Below, piece by piece: positions 13,452 to 27,160 of a stretch of DNA of 64,000 bases (positions within the stretch are counted from its first letter, which is position 1; each line of letters starts with the position of its first letter). The DNA lies in contig NIVC01001759.1 in assembly GCA_002269645.1 (NCBI GenBank), positions 107,723-171,722 of the forward strand. The letters are read 5' to 3'. Source of the DNA: Macrostomum lignano. Its lineage: Eukaryota. The notes beneath the pieces were generated by a model that was given only the letters and a program-made list of their open reading frames with translations, did no database searches and was not told the DNA's origin. The translations under genes and the position numbers were made by a program.

Positions 13452-13860
13452 TCTCTTTCACTATCTCACTCTCTCACTCTCTCACCCTCTCTCTCACTTT
13501 CTCACTATCGGAAATATCGGCTACTCAATTTAAATTGACTTTTTTCAGTCCTTTCTGACTTTCTACCGTGTCAGTGCCCGAGATAGGAGGCGCCCTCCTC
13601 TCTCTCTCTCTCTCTCTCTCTCCCTCTCTCTCTCACTTTCCCACTCTCTCTCACTCTCTCACTCTCTCTCTCTCACCCTCTCTCTCACCCGCTCACTCTC
13701 TCACTCTATCACTCTATCACTCTATCACTCTCTCGCACTCTCTCATTCTATCACTCACTCTTTCTCTCTCTCTCTCTCTCTCTCTCACCCTCTCTCTCAC
13801 CCGCTCGCTCTCTCACTCTCTCACTCACTCTCACTCTCTGTCTCACTCTCTTAGCCTTTT
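12815..13860. repeat. CT-rich microsatellite (CTCTCTCA / CT)n in two blocks
   Basis: Low-complexity tract; source of the SLSHSLT ORFs. Confidence 0.92.
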
Positions 13861-14993
13861 TCACTTTCTGTCATCTTGCTCTTCCCATTTCTGTCAATTC
13901 CCATCCCGGTCTGACCTTTCCTGTTTCTATCGCAACTCTCCCGCTGCTGACTACCCTACATTTCTCTTTCCCTGGCTAAGCCTGTCTATTGCCCCTTGCA
14001 CGCCGCAGTTCTCTCCAGTGTCACAGCTCACTCCATCAATCTTATTATTTTAAATTGGCTGGCCCGGCCCGCCATTGCCCATTTTCTCTCAGCTAAAAGT
14101 GGTAAATAAAAGTGACAATTTCATTAAATAAAACTTCTATTGTACTCGAGAGCTCTCACAAACATCGACACTGTGAAGAATTGAATTGAGGCTCCACCTT
14201 CTCACTCGATTCACCTGCAAGTTTCTCACACAGCAGAAACAACCTGAGCCGCATTGTAACCGAGGATTGTTAAAGGCCAGTTTCGCTAAAGAGGCCCAAC
14301 ACTTCTCCAGGTGATATCGAATTCTCAGGCAGCACTTTGCACGCTTTGATAGCTGCGGACAATGATGCCGCTGAGATGCTGCTTGCTCAGCGCTGTTAAA
14401 TGAGAGACGAAGCGATGGAAAATTGAAATAGAAAATGGAAAGCAGAGATGGAGAGACGGACAATGGGGACTGACAGCCTCTCTGCTGCTCTCTCGGCCGT
14501 ATGAAGGCCGTCGGACCCTCGAGTCTTGTTCTGGCAGCAACGCCCTCCCTCCCAGGAGACACTTTCCCTCCGCGCTTAGGTCTCAGCCTCCGAGGGTTGC
14601 TCAGCCATTTCATCTGTGACTCTGCAGCTCGGAAAAGAAATGAGAGATAAAAAAGACACAATAAGCTGCTCGAGCAGTGCAGAAAACGCTTGGGCGCATA
14701 AATATAAATCATTTCATTTCACCTCTAACACCCTTCACGCTGCTCCAGCTGCATTCATGGGTGCCCCATCAACAACTGCCTGCCCGCCCTGTGTGAGTCG
14801 CGAACTATGCGTGCTGGCTCGTGTTTTTATTGTGCCATTTCTCTCTTTGCTCATCTGGCAACTATCTCAGACCGCTGCAGTCCACACTGCCTCTGGCTGC
14901 GTGCTGCATCTGCTTAAGTCAACAAATGCTCAACCTGGGGCTCCTTCATTGACTTTAGGGCCCCATGAATTTTTTGCGATTACATGGTTAGAT

Positions 14994-15317
<324 letters not shown>

Positions 15318-16375
15318 TAGATTCCGATATGACACGCCATATCTCCCATTCTCGCGAATGTCTTTAAGCTCAGCCGCCACCTGGAATATCCGGTTTAATT
15401 AAGCTCGGTGAAAACAAATTCAATTCATTCTTCACATTCTTATCCCAACGTCAAAGTCAAAGCCAGGTCTCACCTCCGCGAACGGTGCCCGTCATTTATT
15501 ATCCCCACCAGCCCATGAATAATTCCCGGTCGCACCAGTGGCAGGCGGCAAAAAACTCCCGATCGCACTGACACTTCGCAACAAACTGACTAACAAAAAC
15601 AGAACAGTGGAGTCGAACGCGACAGTTGGCAAGCCTGTGTAAGGCACCTATTGATTTATTAATCATATATCTATGGCCCAGGTTGCCTCCGAAGACTCGG
15701 GTTTGTGGGTGGGGGAGTTCGCGTCGAAATAAAAAAGATTATTGTATAGTATAAAAAAAACTTTAATTTATAGTGGTTATTCTCTATCATATTTGCATAC
15801 TATGATAATTTTGCTGGAGTTCCGGACCCGGTGCGCGCAGACAGAGTTGCCAACCCAGGCTGTTAGCTAACAACAGACACCAACAGCCCCCCAGGCTAGA
15901 CTTGGTCAGGTGTGAGGCTTGAAAATTGTACCAAGCCCGCCATTTGCACCCGCTTGACTTCACAGTGCATCTCTCTGGTCTTGCCTAGCCGTCTGAGACA
16001 GCCGCGCCTGCTTACCGCGGCGTGCAAGGAAACTGGAGACACATGGAATTATGTTTTGTTTTGTCCCAAGCAGGGGCTATTTAACTCTGTGGGGGTTGGC
16101 CGCTCCTGTTCGCCTCCGCGGGGTGTTTGGGATTCGAGTGTCGGGTAACCATTATCCACGGCTCATCGGCAACTCTCGCAGCCCCGGTTGAAACCATAAG
16201 GAGCTGCGAACATGCGTTTAGCTGCCGAAGCGGTGTGCGTACCTGGGCCGCTCAGTTCAGCTCAACAGGGGGTCCGGGCGGAACCCCGTGGGTTTTGAGC
16301 TTGCAAGGAGACGGGATTAGAAGATCGCTTTTGCATTGTTTGATAAGTAAGGTATAAGTTGTTTTTATTAGTATC

Positions 16376-16995
16376 TGGTCTCAGTGATGATCTAGTCTCA
16401 GTGATGATCTAGTCTCAGTGATGATCTAGTCTCAGTGATGATCTAGTCTCAGTGATGATCTAGTCTCAGTGATGATCTAGTCTCAGTGATGATCTAGTCT
16501 CAGTGATGATCTAGTCTCAGTGATGATCTAGTCTCAGTGATGATCTAGTCTCAGTGATGATCTAGTCTCAGTGATGATCTAGTCTCAGTGATGATCTAGT
16601 CTCAGTGATGATCTAGTCTCAGTGATGATCTAGTCTCAGTGATGATCTAGTCTCAGTGATGATCTAGTCTCAGTGATGATCTAGTCTCAGTGATGATCTA
16701 GTCTCAGTGATGATCTAGTCTCAGTGATGATCTAGTCTCAGTGATGATCTAGTCTCAGTGATGATCTAGTCTCAGTGATGATCTGGTCTCAGTGATGATC
16801 TAGTCTCAGTGATGATCTAGTCTCAGTGATGATCTAGTCTCAGTGATGATCTGGTCTCAGTGATGATCTAGTCTCAGTGATGATCTAGTCTCAGTGATGA
16901 TCTGGTCTCAGTGATGATCTAGTCTCAGTGATGATCTAGTCTCAGTGATCAGCTAGTCTCAGTGATGAGCTAGTCTAAGTGATGATCTAGTCTCT
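16376..16995. repeat. Minisatellite, 17 bp unit TCTCAGTGATGATCTAG
   Basis: About 36 almost identical tandem copies. Confidence 0.98.
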
Positions 16996-19024
16996 GAATC
17001 TCCAGCTGTTCACATGATCACAGCCCGTGAACAGTAGAATTGCGTGAACTTGTTTCCTTCTGCTCTCAACCCGCATCAAACTGGCATGGAATCCAACTCC
17101 AACTCCTCTCTAACTTTGATCTCTCAAAGACCCGAATGACTTCCGTTTGAAATGACTGTGAAATCAAGGTTGGCAATCACCTGCATTAAATTGCAGATCC
17201 TCCTAGCACTCAGCGGACAAGGGAGGTAGGAATTCGAGGCCAAGAAGCGTAGCAAATAATAAAAAATTGCTCAACTATAAAGGCGCAATCCGCTAGGTCA
17301 CAGCTGCCTCTGTCCAGCAACCGGGCAGAGGAGTCCGCGTCCTCGCTTTAGTTAATCAAGCGACCTATAGCTCAGGTGCGGATCAACCTAATCCTGTTGA
17401 AATGGTTTACATTCAGTTTATTACGCATACCGTTATAATAAGACTGTTTATAAAAATATAATAAGCAAGGGATGATGGAGTCAGCTTCCTGCCCAATACT
17501 TCCCAGCCTTCATCGGGTGCGTGTTCATAGTTCTAGAAAGGAAAATAATGTCGCTCAGTGGCCTCCTCAAGGCTTGACTTTCATTGAGACTTGCCCTGTC
17601 CTTTCACTATGGCGTGCGTGCATGTTGCTGCGAGGGTCTCGCAGTCAGCTGGACTCCAAAAAATATACGCGAGCTCAATATCCTCTCGCTCGATTTCTGA
17701 GTTTGAGCTTGAGTAAGAAGACTCTTGCGGCTGGTCCCTAAACCCCGGGCTCACTGAGTCCCCCCTGAGGAACCCTGGGTTTTGACGTCTCCTTCCGAGT
17801 GAGATCCGAACTTGCCCGGCAGATCTGGGGGGGGGGGGCTGCACCATGGGGGGTGGGCAATTTTCCAGTTGAGTTGACTCGGACAGCTACTGGAGTCTCT
17901 GCTGTCTCTGCTGGGCCTACTCACAGAGTTCCCTTCTGACCGTGAGACTGACCGGCCGCTTCACCCATTGTCGCTAAATTTGATTATAATTGACCAAAAC
18001 TCTCTGGCTTTGTTTAATATGGACTGAAATTGATTCGTCGGTTGGCACCTGTCAAGAAATGAGACGAGGGAAACGGTTGCGCGCACTAAGCCGGCTAATT
18101 TGCATTCAACGATGAGCCCCATGGTCCGCGATGATGGGTCTTGGGAAAGTTGGGGTGGATTTTGATTGTTGAACTAAAAATAATGGCAACTCAACTACGG
18201 TTTGGCCATACTGTATACAATTTGTCAAGCAATCAGGAACAGTTTCTGCAACACAATTAGTTGGTAGATCTTGATTAGATTGCGACAGTGGTGCGAGATG
18301 CAGTTCTGCTTCATCAAACAAAAGACACTTGGCCCTGTTTGAGAACGAATGGAGCAGTTTTGTGCCTCAACTTTGCCCTTGGGGGGGGACAATGGCATTG
18401 AGTATTCTTCTGTCTTGCTTTGTCGCAGAGAAGATTTCCCGCAAAGTTGCTTCAAGGCGGTACTGATTGCTATTTTTGTTGCGCTCCAGAGGAGCCGACC
18501 GCCGGTGGCAAAGCGGCTCTCTTGAGTCGGAGCTCAATTCGAAAGACGGGAAAGAGACTGTATACAGAAAGAAGAAGAAGACAGAAGCACTTGAATTCTG
18601 TATAATAATAAATTTTGCAAGAACAATGGGGCGACTCGCACAAAGGATTTGCTTCTCTGGTTTTGCCAGGAAATCCGTTTGTTTTGCAAGTTTCCTTGCC
18701 CGAGGAAGAAACATAACTTATTCTATCTGATGCTGCTCTCCTTTATTCATCTCGCAGTCTCTTTCTGCTGGCACGTGCGCAATGGATTTGACACGGGCTT
18801 GCCAAGAATTTCATGTCATCCCCTATCTGAACACAAGATTGGGGCCTGAGATTAAATTAGATTGCTGCAAATCCTCTTCTTTATCGTTAAGGAATTTAAA
18901 GACTGCTTTGCTCTTGATTTGAGTCAGATGTCTCTGAACTCCATTCACTCTTTTCTTGCTCTGTAATCTCTCTTCTATCTCTCCTCACTCCCTTCTCTCA
19001 TCTCCCTCCCTATCAACTCTCCCC

Positions 19025-19640
19025 ATCTCCCTTAATCTCTCTTCTCCCTTAATCTCTCCTCTCCCTTAATCTCTCCTCTCCCTTAATCTCTCCTCTCCCT
19101 TAATCTCTCCTCTCCCTTAATCTCTCCTCTCCCTTAATCTCTCCTCTCCCTTAATCTCTCCTCTCCCTTAATCTCTCCTCTCCCTTAATCTCTCCTCTCC
19201 CTTAATCTCTCCTCTCCCTTAATCTCTCCTCTCCCTTAATCTCTCCTCTCCCTTAATCTCTCCTCTCCCTTAATCTCTCCTCTCCCTTAATCTCTCCTCT
19301 CCCTTAATCTCTCCTCTCCCTAATCTCTCATCTCCCTTCATCTCTCCTCTCCCTTAATCTCTCCTCTCCCTTAATCTCTCCTCTCCCTTAATCTCTCCTC
19401 TCCCTTAATCTCTCCTCTCCCTTAATCTCTCCTCTCCCTTCATCTCTCATCTCCCTTCATCTCTCATCTCCCTTCATCTCTCATCTCACTTCATCTCTCC
19501 TCTCCCTTCATCTCTCCTCTCCCTCCATCTCTCCTCTCCCCCCATCTCTCCTCTCCCTCCATCTCTCCGCTCTCCTAATCTCTCCGCTCTCCTAATCTCT
19601 CCTCTCTCACTTCATCTCTCCTCTCTATCTCTTAATCTCT
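19025..19640. repeat. Minisatellite, 17 bp unit TCTCCCTTAATCTCTCC
   Basis: Tandem copies, degenerating at the 3' end. Confidence 0.95.
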
Positions 19641-20761
19641 TATTGCTTCCTGTTTGACAGACCCTACCATTGCTGAGACCTTTGCTGGGAACTCCACCTG
19701 TCCATCAACAGAAACAATCAGCAACTGCACTTCGCTTGAAAATTAAAAAAATGAAAAGAAAACGAAAAGAAGCGTTGAAAAAACGGAATAAAAACTTGAA
19801 TTTGAGCTTCTGGCGCTCTCTTGGGAGCAGTTATCGTGGTCCCCATTGCCTCAAGGTTATTAGGACCTCAACAATGAGAGATTGCGGCAGGGAAAAAACA
19901 CCACGGAAGCGACACAGCCAGCCACAGACCCGACCCAGAAGCTGCTCTCCACTATTTCTTGTCTGATTGCTCCATCCATCCTCCTTGGAGACAGGGGCGG
20001 AGCTGGGAGGATGCGTCCCGGATCCCCTCGATGGTCTTCCGCTGGCAACCCCCCCCCATTCCGCGGTGCCGCCTGCGGGCAGCAGTTCCGGTGGCAAGAG
20101 TAAACACACAAGTCTGCTGAATATGGCTGTCTGAACCAGAAGCGGAGACCGGTGGGTGGAGCAGACTTGGCTGGCGGACAAAGGAGCCAGGTGTGTGTGT
20201 GCAGGTATTTTACTTGCTAATTTTTGTTAAGGTCTAACATAATAATCTTCATTGTATAACAAGGATGCAGGGTCCAAAAGAAAGCAAACGGTGTAGAGGA
20301 TTACAATGGGAACTAGAAGAAGAAGACATGCTAGGGTTAGAGAGAAGAGATCCGTGGCGGATGCGCTGCCTTTTGCCATGCCGTTGCTGTCCTCTCTGAT
20401 CAGAACAAGCTGAGGAGCTCAGCGCCAGTTTTCTATGGGCCAATGCAGAATAAGCTGCTTCTCCCCAACTGAAGCCGACAATGCTTGAGGGGTTGCGCCA
20501 GGCGCTGACTTTCTATTGAAGCATAATTTTTTAACAATGAATTTTTGTTTGGCTGGCATCCTCTCGGCGTCATCGTGCTCAGATTTTTGGGAGGTGTCAC
20601 GAAGATGAAGGAGAAGGCTGAGCCACAACAGTCAACTTAAATAGGGAGATAAAATAGGGTAGCAACTTCAGTGAGAACACGGGGATTGGGGATTCTAAGG
20701 ACTGGAGTTTCGACACATTCATTTTGTTGGTTTTATGGTGTGTTCTGAAGGCTCTACATGT

Positions 20762-22074
20762 AATAGACAGTTTGAGGGGCATTACAGACAGTTTGAGCGG
20801 CATTACAGACAGTTTGAGAGGCATTACAGACAGTTTGAGGGGCATTACAGACAGTTTGAGAGGCATTACAGACAGTTTGAGAGGCATTACAGACAGTTTG
20901 AGGGGCATTACAGACAGTTTGAGAGGCATTACAGACAGTTTGAGGGGCATTACAGACAGTTTGAGCGGCATTACAGACAGTTTGAGAGGCATTACAGACA
21001 GTTTGAGGGGCATTACAGACAGTTTGAGAGGCATTACAGACAGTTTGAGAGGCATTACAGACAGTTTGAGGGGCATTACAGACAGTTTGAGAGGCATTAC
21101 AGACAGTTTGAGGGGCATTACAGACAGTTTGAGAGGAATTACAGACAGTTTGAGGGGCATTACAGACAGTTTGAGGGGCATTACAGACAGTTTGAGGGGC
21201 ATTACAGACAGTTTGAGGGGCATTACAGACAGTTTGATAGGCATTACAGACAGTTTGATAGGCATTACAGACAGTTTGAGGGGGCATTATAGACAGTTTG
21301 AGGGGCATTACAGTCAGTTTGAGGGGCATTATAGACAGTTTGATGGGCATTACAGACAGTTTGAGGGGCATTAGAGACAGTTTGAGGGGCATTACAGACA
21401 GTTTGAGGGGCATTACAGACAGTTTGATGGGCATTACGGACAGTTTGAGGGGCATTACGGACAGTTTGAGGGGCATTACGGACAGTTTGAGGGGCATTAC
21501 AGACAGTTTGATGGGGATTACAGACAGTTTGATGGGCATTACAGACAGTTTGAGGGGCATTACAAACAGTTTGAGGGGCATTACAGACAGTTTGAGGGGC
21601 ATTACGGACAGTTTGAGGGGCATTACGGACAGTTTGATGGGCATTACAGACAGTTTGATGGGCATTACAGACAGTTTGAGAGGCATTACAGACAGTTTGA
21701 GGGGGCATTACAGACAGTTTGAGGGGGCATTACAGACAGTTTGAGGGGCATTACAGACAGTTTGAGGGGCATTACAGACAGTTTGAGGGGCATTACGGAC
21801 AGTTTGAGGGGCATTACAGACAGTTTGAGGGACATTACGGACAGTTTGAGGGGCATTACAGACAGTTTGAGGGACATTACGGACAGTTTGAGGGGCATTA
21901 CAGACAGTTTGAGGGACATTACGGACAGTTTGAGGGGCATTACAGACAGTTTGAGGGGCATTACGGACAGTTTGAGGGGCATTACAGACAGTTTGAGGGG
22001 CATTACGGACAGTTTGAGGGGCATTACGGACAGTTTGAGGGGCATTACGGACAGTTTGAGGGGCATTACAGACA
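20762..22074. repeat. Minisatellite, 21 bp unit CAGACAGTTTGAGGGGCATTA
   Basis: About 62 copies with occasional extra G; source of the RGITDSL, GHYRQFE and MPLKLSV ORFs. Confidence 0.98.
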
Positions 22075-22598
22075 CTGAGGCACAGTGAGACACATTGAGG
22101 CTGAGTAGAGACACACTACTGAGGCACAGTGAGACACATTGAGGCTGAGTAGAGACACACTACTGAGGCACAGTGAGACACATTGAGGCTGAGTAGAGAC
22201 ACACTACTGAGGCACAGTGAGACACATTGAGGCTGAGTAGAGACACACTACTGAGGCACAGTGAGACACATTGAGGCTGAGTAGAGACACACTGAGGCAC
22301 AGTGAGACACATTGAGGCTGAGTAGAGACACACTGAGGCACAGTGAGACACATTGAGGCTGAGTAGAGACACACTGAGGCACAGTGAGACACATTGAGGC
22401 TGAGTAGAGACACACTGAGGCACAGTGAGACACATTGAGGCTGAGTAGAGACACACTGAGGCACAGTGAGACACATTGAGGCTGAGTAGAGACACACTGA
22501 GGCACAGTGAGACACATTGAGGCTGAGTAGAGACACACTGAGGCACAGTGAGACACATTGAGGCTGAGTAGAGACACACTGAGGCACAGTGAGACACA
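22070..22598. repeat. Minisatellite, 41 bp unit CTGAGGCACAGTGAGACACATTGAGGCTGAGTAGAGACACA (44 bp variant in the first copies)
   Basis: About 12 copies directly abutting the 21-bp array. Confidence 0.97.
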
Positions 22599-23973
22599 CC
22601 TTGTCAGGAAGCAGTGCCGCATAACGAAGTAAGTTCCAATTCTAAAGACCGTTTCAATTTCTGCTTAACCAACAGCACCAGCCGCCAACCCCTGCTTGGA
22701 TAAAGTTTTTCGATCAATGGGCCATAAAGCATTGCTGATAGATCCGTATGCGGGCTGGTTCCCTACTCGCGAGCTTCACGGGAAGTTAGAAAGGCAACAA
22801 CAGGCAAAAGGCCTGCAAGCTGGCGCCGCAAAGCAAGGGAGAAGAGACAGAGACAGAGAGAGAGAGAGAGAGAGAGTTGCGGCGGCAGCAGCGGGGAGAC
22901 AGCTATGCTGAGTTTCTTAAAGCAACAGGATCAATTAGTCACTGTCAGAGCTCCCGGAGGAATGGCCTTTTATAGTTATTTGTTCTCTCTCTCTATCGCT
23001 CTATCTGAGGCGGGATTTAATCTTTCATGTGTGTGTGCGGTAGAGTTGGGGATCGTGAGGGCTTGGCGGAGCGGCTTAAGCCACCCCCCCCCCCAGCCAT
23101 AAGCGGCGGGAGTCACTTATTTTGCAACAAAAATAAAAAGACGGGAGAAATATTGGAGAGGAGAGTCTAGTAGGGGGGATCTGCTGACAGGTGACACGCA
23201 CTGGCTAGATTTCAAGTCCGACAGAGACAGCATATTAATATATATGGCTTGACAGAGCGCCGCGCGCCCCACCACCAGCCAGCCAGTGCGAGCGGAAAAG
23301 TGAGAAGGACTCGGGGCAGGGAGGGGGTGGCCTCCTTTCCCTTCTCTCTTTTTTGTCCCGCGGTTTCTGCGTCTTCCATGGGGGTTGGGAGACTATGTGT
23401 AGTTAATATGAAGGCTTCCTCAAACCGCACAACGGCATTCTTAGAAACAGACTGGGAGGAGAAGAGAAAAGGGAAATAAAATATTATTTTGCTGCACCTT
23501 CCCGGACAGAGTTACAATAATCCCCGTTCAACAGCTGGACTGGGGGAAGAAAGGAAAAAATGACAGAGTTAAATTCCCTCTCCATGGAGCTGGAAGCAAG
23601 TGGCCTTTGAAACGGTTTAGGGATCTCTTGTCTGTCTTAATCCTCCGCTAATCCGCGCCATTTTCCAGTTCGAGTTGTCTCCAACTCTCCTGTTTTCATT
23701 AGGAATGGAGAGTCCGATTTGGGAATTGAAAACGTACTGAGCCAGTGGGAGTTATTTAAAGATTTAGAGTTTGTAGATAATTAATGCAGGTGCGCTGCCA
23801 TCATCGAAAAAAACATCCCCGTATATGGAATCTACATCCGGCACCTAAATGGGGGACATCAATATGAACAAAAAATGAAGCTAACACCGGAAAAATTTGA
23901 TTCTCAAATATAGCGCCGAGCATGAAGCAGCTGTACATCTCTGGGCCAAGTCGCATTTGCTAGCGAATTCATG

Positions 23974-23979
23974 TTTATT
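23974..23979 (-). other. Candidate polyadenylation signal AATAAA for the Blimp-1 transcript
   Basis: TTTATT on the plus strand, about 630 nt downstream of the Blimp-1 stop. Motif only. Confidence 0.3.
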
Positions 23980-24608
23980 CTCAAATTGTCACACATTTAT
24001 AAACAGTTTTGACCAGCAACGAAAACATATTAAGGGTTCAAACGCAAGGCAGATTAAAAGTAACAAATCCCCGGGATTACTTCATTCCTCCCGGTTCGTA
24101 AAATCTTCTAGACAATCGTACTAATAAATAATAATAATAATAACAACAATATTAAGGACAAGCTGCAAAAAACAGGTTTTCAGGCTGTGCGATATTTCGT
24201 GTTTTTTGTTAATTAAAACAAATAATTATTGTTATAACAAAATTGCTAAAATATAAAATGTTCCAACAATTGCAACTGTATTTTGTTTGGAAAGATATAT
24301 ATTATAAATATAGGCAAATGTGTTCATTGGGAAATTGACAACAAGCTTGGGAAGATGGGCTGTCTGGGGGGGGTCAGGCAAGGCTGAGGGAGTGAAGCTG
24401 CATTCGCAATGGCACAATGCACAGTTTTTTATGCAAATTTTGTAACAGAAAGAAATGCACACGATCGCGCTATCAGTAAATAATTGGGCAACTTCTTGGG
24501 GGGGGGGGGGTTCTTAATTCTCTTTCGTACAACTCTGACTAAGGCCGTATTCGATTAGTATAGAATGAATTCTATAAAGCTCGGATCAAAGTAACTGTCA
24601 AGGCTGCT

Positions 24609-26296
24609 TCAAGCGTTCGCAGTTTCCAACCGCTGCTCCATCACCGAGTCAGCTTCATCGCCTGCCGCAGAATCCTCAACTTCCTCAACCTCAACGTAGG
24701 CCTCATCAGCATCTGCTTCGGCCTCTTCATCGTCTTCGACTTCGTCCGCCGCAGCCTCCGCCGCCGCAGTCGCCTCATCCTCGGTGTACTGTTCCTCGCA
24801 GCGGAACTCGATGCTGTCCCTGCTGTCCAGGCTGCTGTCCGTGACAATCGAGTTCAGAATGGAATTCAAATCCGTGGCCAACTCGCTGCCAAAGCAGGGA
24901 CCGGAGCGCCAATGCGTTTTCAGGCCGCTGGCGCTGATGTACTTTTTGCAGCACTTCGGGCACTCGAACGGTCGCTCGTTGGTGTGCAGCCGCTTGTGCA
25001 GCTTGAGGTGCACAAACTGGGTGAACTTGGCTGGGCACAGTTTGCAGCTGAACGGCTTCTCGCCGCTGTGCAGCCGCATGTGCGTCTTCAGGTTGCTGGT
25101 GCTGCTGAACCGCTTGTGACAGACGTAGCAGGCGTGCGGCTTCTCCCCGGTGTGCACCAGGTTGTGCTTCTGCAGGTGCGCCAGCTGTGTGAAGCCTTTG
25201 TCGCACAGGTCGCATTTGAACGGCCGCTCGCCCGTGTGCGTCCGCAGGTGCACCTTCAGGTTGGACAGCTGGCCGAAGCTCTTGAAGCAGACGTTGCACT
25301 CGTAGTGCATCTTGCCGTCCTTCTTGCGCAGCGGGTACGGCAGCGCGTGGCTCCCGCGGCCTCCGCCTCCGCCAGCCGGTGCGTCCTCGCTGCTCGCATT
25401 CGACGGCGAGGCGCCAGCGTCGCGACGCCGATTGTGCCGAGGTCGACCGCTCGACGGGGACTCGACAGCGGCCGCCGGCGCCGCTGCCGCGGGTGCTGCA
25501 ATCAGCGGAGGCTGCGACAGCGAAGCTCCAGACGAAGTGGAGGCTGCAGCAGCAGCCGCCGCCGCCAGCGCCGCTGCGGCCGCGGGGCCAGTCGGGCTCG
25601 CCATGGCAGCGGCGCGGCGATGCTGACCGCTGTTATGTGCCGGCAGAGGCTGCGGCGGCATCGACGGCGGCGGCGGCAGCTGGTGCGGCGCCTGCTGGCT
25701 TGACCTCGGCGAAGCCGATGGAACAGCCGGCAGCGGTGGCGCCACTGAATGAGACGGCGGCGGCGGCGGCGGTTGCGGCCACAGCGGCAGGTTGAGGAGG
25801 CCCATGCTGCTGGCGTACAGCTGGGTGAGCAGCGGCAGCGGCAGGATGGGCGGCCGGCCGCAGGGAAACAGTGATGCCGCCGCCGCTGCCGCCGCCGCCG
25901 CCGCGGCCGCTTGGTCGTTGAAGTGCGCCGGCGGAATCGGCGGCACAGGCGGCGGCAGGACGGGCGGGTGGCCGAATTCTCGGCAGCGCTGCTCGGCCGC
26001 CGAGGCTGCGGCGAACATCGGCGAGTGCTGCTGGCTGTGCAGCTCCGAGTTGTACGGCCAGTGCAGGCCGGCTTTCGGCGGTGGCGGCGGCGGCAGGTGC
26101 GGCAGGTGCGGCAGGTGCGGCGGAGGCGGCGGCCTGGGAAAGGAGAGCGCAGCCGACTGCCGCTGCATTGCCGACGCGAGCTCCGGGTCGCCAGTCAGCC
26201 TCTCGATGGAGAATGGCAGCGCCGGCTGCTGGTGCTGCTGGTGGTGGTGCTGCTTTGTCTTTTTTGCCGGAGACTGGTGCGACTCGGCCGAAGATT
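24609..26296 (-). CDS. prdm1: Blimp-1/PRDM1, last coding exon: Pro/Ala/Gln-rich region, five zinc fingers, acidic tail
   Basis: [17 protein letters not shown]...[20 protein letters not shown]...[10 protein letters not shown]...[20 protein letters not shown]...[20 protein letters not shown]...[11 protein letters not shown] is the diagnostic Blimp-1 finger array. Acceptor ttcggcag|AATCT is phase 1, matching the upstream donor; stop TGA at 24609-24611. Confidence 0.96.
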
Positions 26297-26704
26297 CTGC
26301 CGAATTGAATTGAGAAAATATGTCTGTGAGCATGTATCAAATATTGCCAGAGCTGTTTTGTAACATTTGCTAATGCATTCTCCGTTTTCTCCATGCCACT
26401 GCCATTGTTCCCCAATAAGACTCCCAGCTGAGTTTATCTCGGCCGGGCATCACCTGGCCACCGTTTCCCATCGTTATCTGATGCAGCCAGTCTGCCCAAG
26501 TATTGTGGGGAGTTTTATTGCCAGTGTCTCTTCCTCTTGCGACAAGGAACTACGAATGAAGGCTCACTGGGCTTTGCAGCTCAAATTTAAGTTTTGTACT
26601 GAGAGCTACATTATTTGGCCTTTATTATCATTTATGATTGCTATATAATATGCTGCCATTGCTGGGCATTACTATGAAAACTCAGTTGTTTTCTAATCCT
26701 TCTA

Positions 26705-27105
26705 CTCCCAATCTCCCAGTTGGAATCCCAATCTCCCACACTTTGAATCCCAATCTCCCACACTTTGAATCCCAATCTCCCACACTTTGAATCCCAATCT
26801 CCCACACTTTGAATCCCAATCTCCCACACTTTGAATCCCAATCTCCCACACTTTGAATCTCAATCTCCCACACTTTGAATCCCAATCTCCCACACTTTGA
26901 ATCCCAATCTCCCACACTTTGAATCCCAATCTCCCACACTTTGAATCCCAATCTCCCACACTTTGAATCCCAATCTCCCACACTTTGAATCCCAATCTCC
27001 CACACTTTGAATCCCAATCTCCCACACTTTGAATCCCAATCTCCCACACTTTGAATCCCAATCTCCCACACTTTGAATCCCAATCTCCCACAGTTCGAAT
27101 CCCAA
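26705..27105. repeat. Minisatellite, 22 bp unit CCCAATCTCCCACACTTTGAAT, in a Blimp-1 intron
   Basis: About 18 tandem copies. Confidence 0.97.
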
Positions 27106-27160
27106 AATTTCAATTCAAATCCCAATCCTACTAATCCATTTCGATTCCCCTAATTCTCAC

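Noticed and set aside
15842-16177. Possible MITE bounded by CAGAGTTGCCAA / TCGGCAACTCTC
   Set aside because: Only a 10/12 terminal match, with no TSD and no second copy.
16376-16995. GTGATGA (box C-like) in every 17-bp unit, suggesting a snoRNA cluster
   Set aside because: There is no paired box D (CTGA) on the same strand, no guide sequence and no terminal stem; it is a plain minisatellite.
24775-26415. Alternative-frame and antisense ORFs over the Blimp-1 exon (e.g. 24912-25703 plus, 25633-26415 minus)
   Set aside because: These are expected shadows of a very GC-rich coding exon with few stop codons in other frames.
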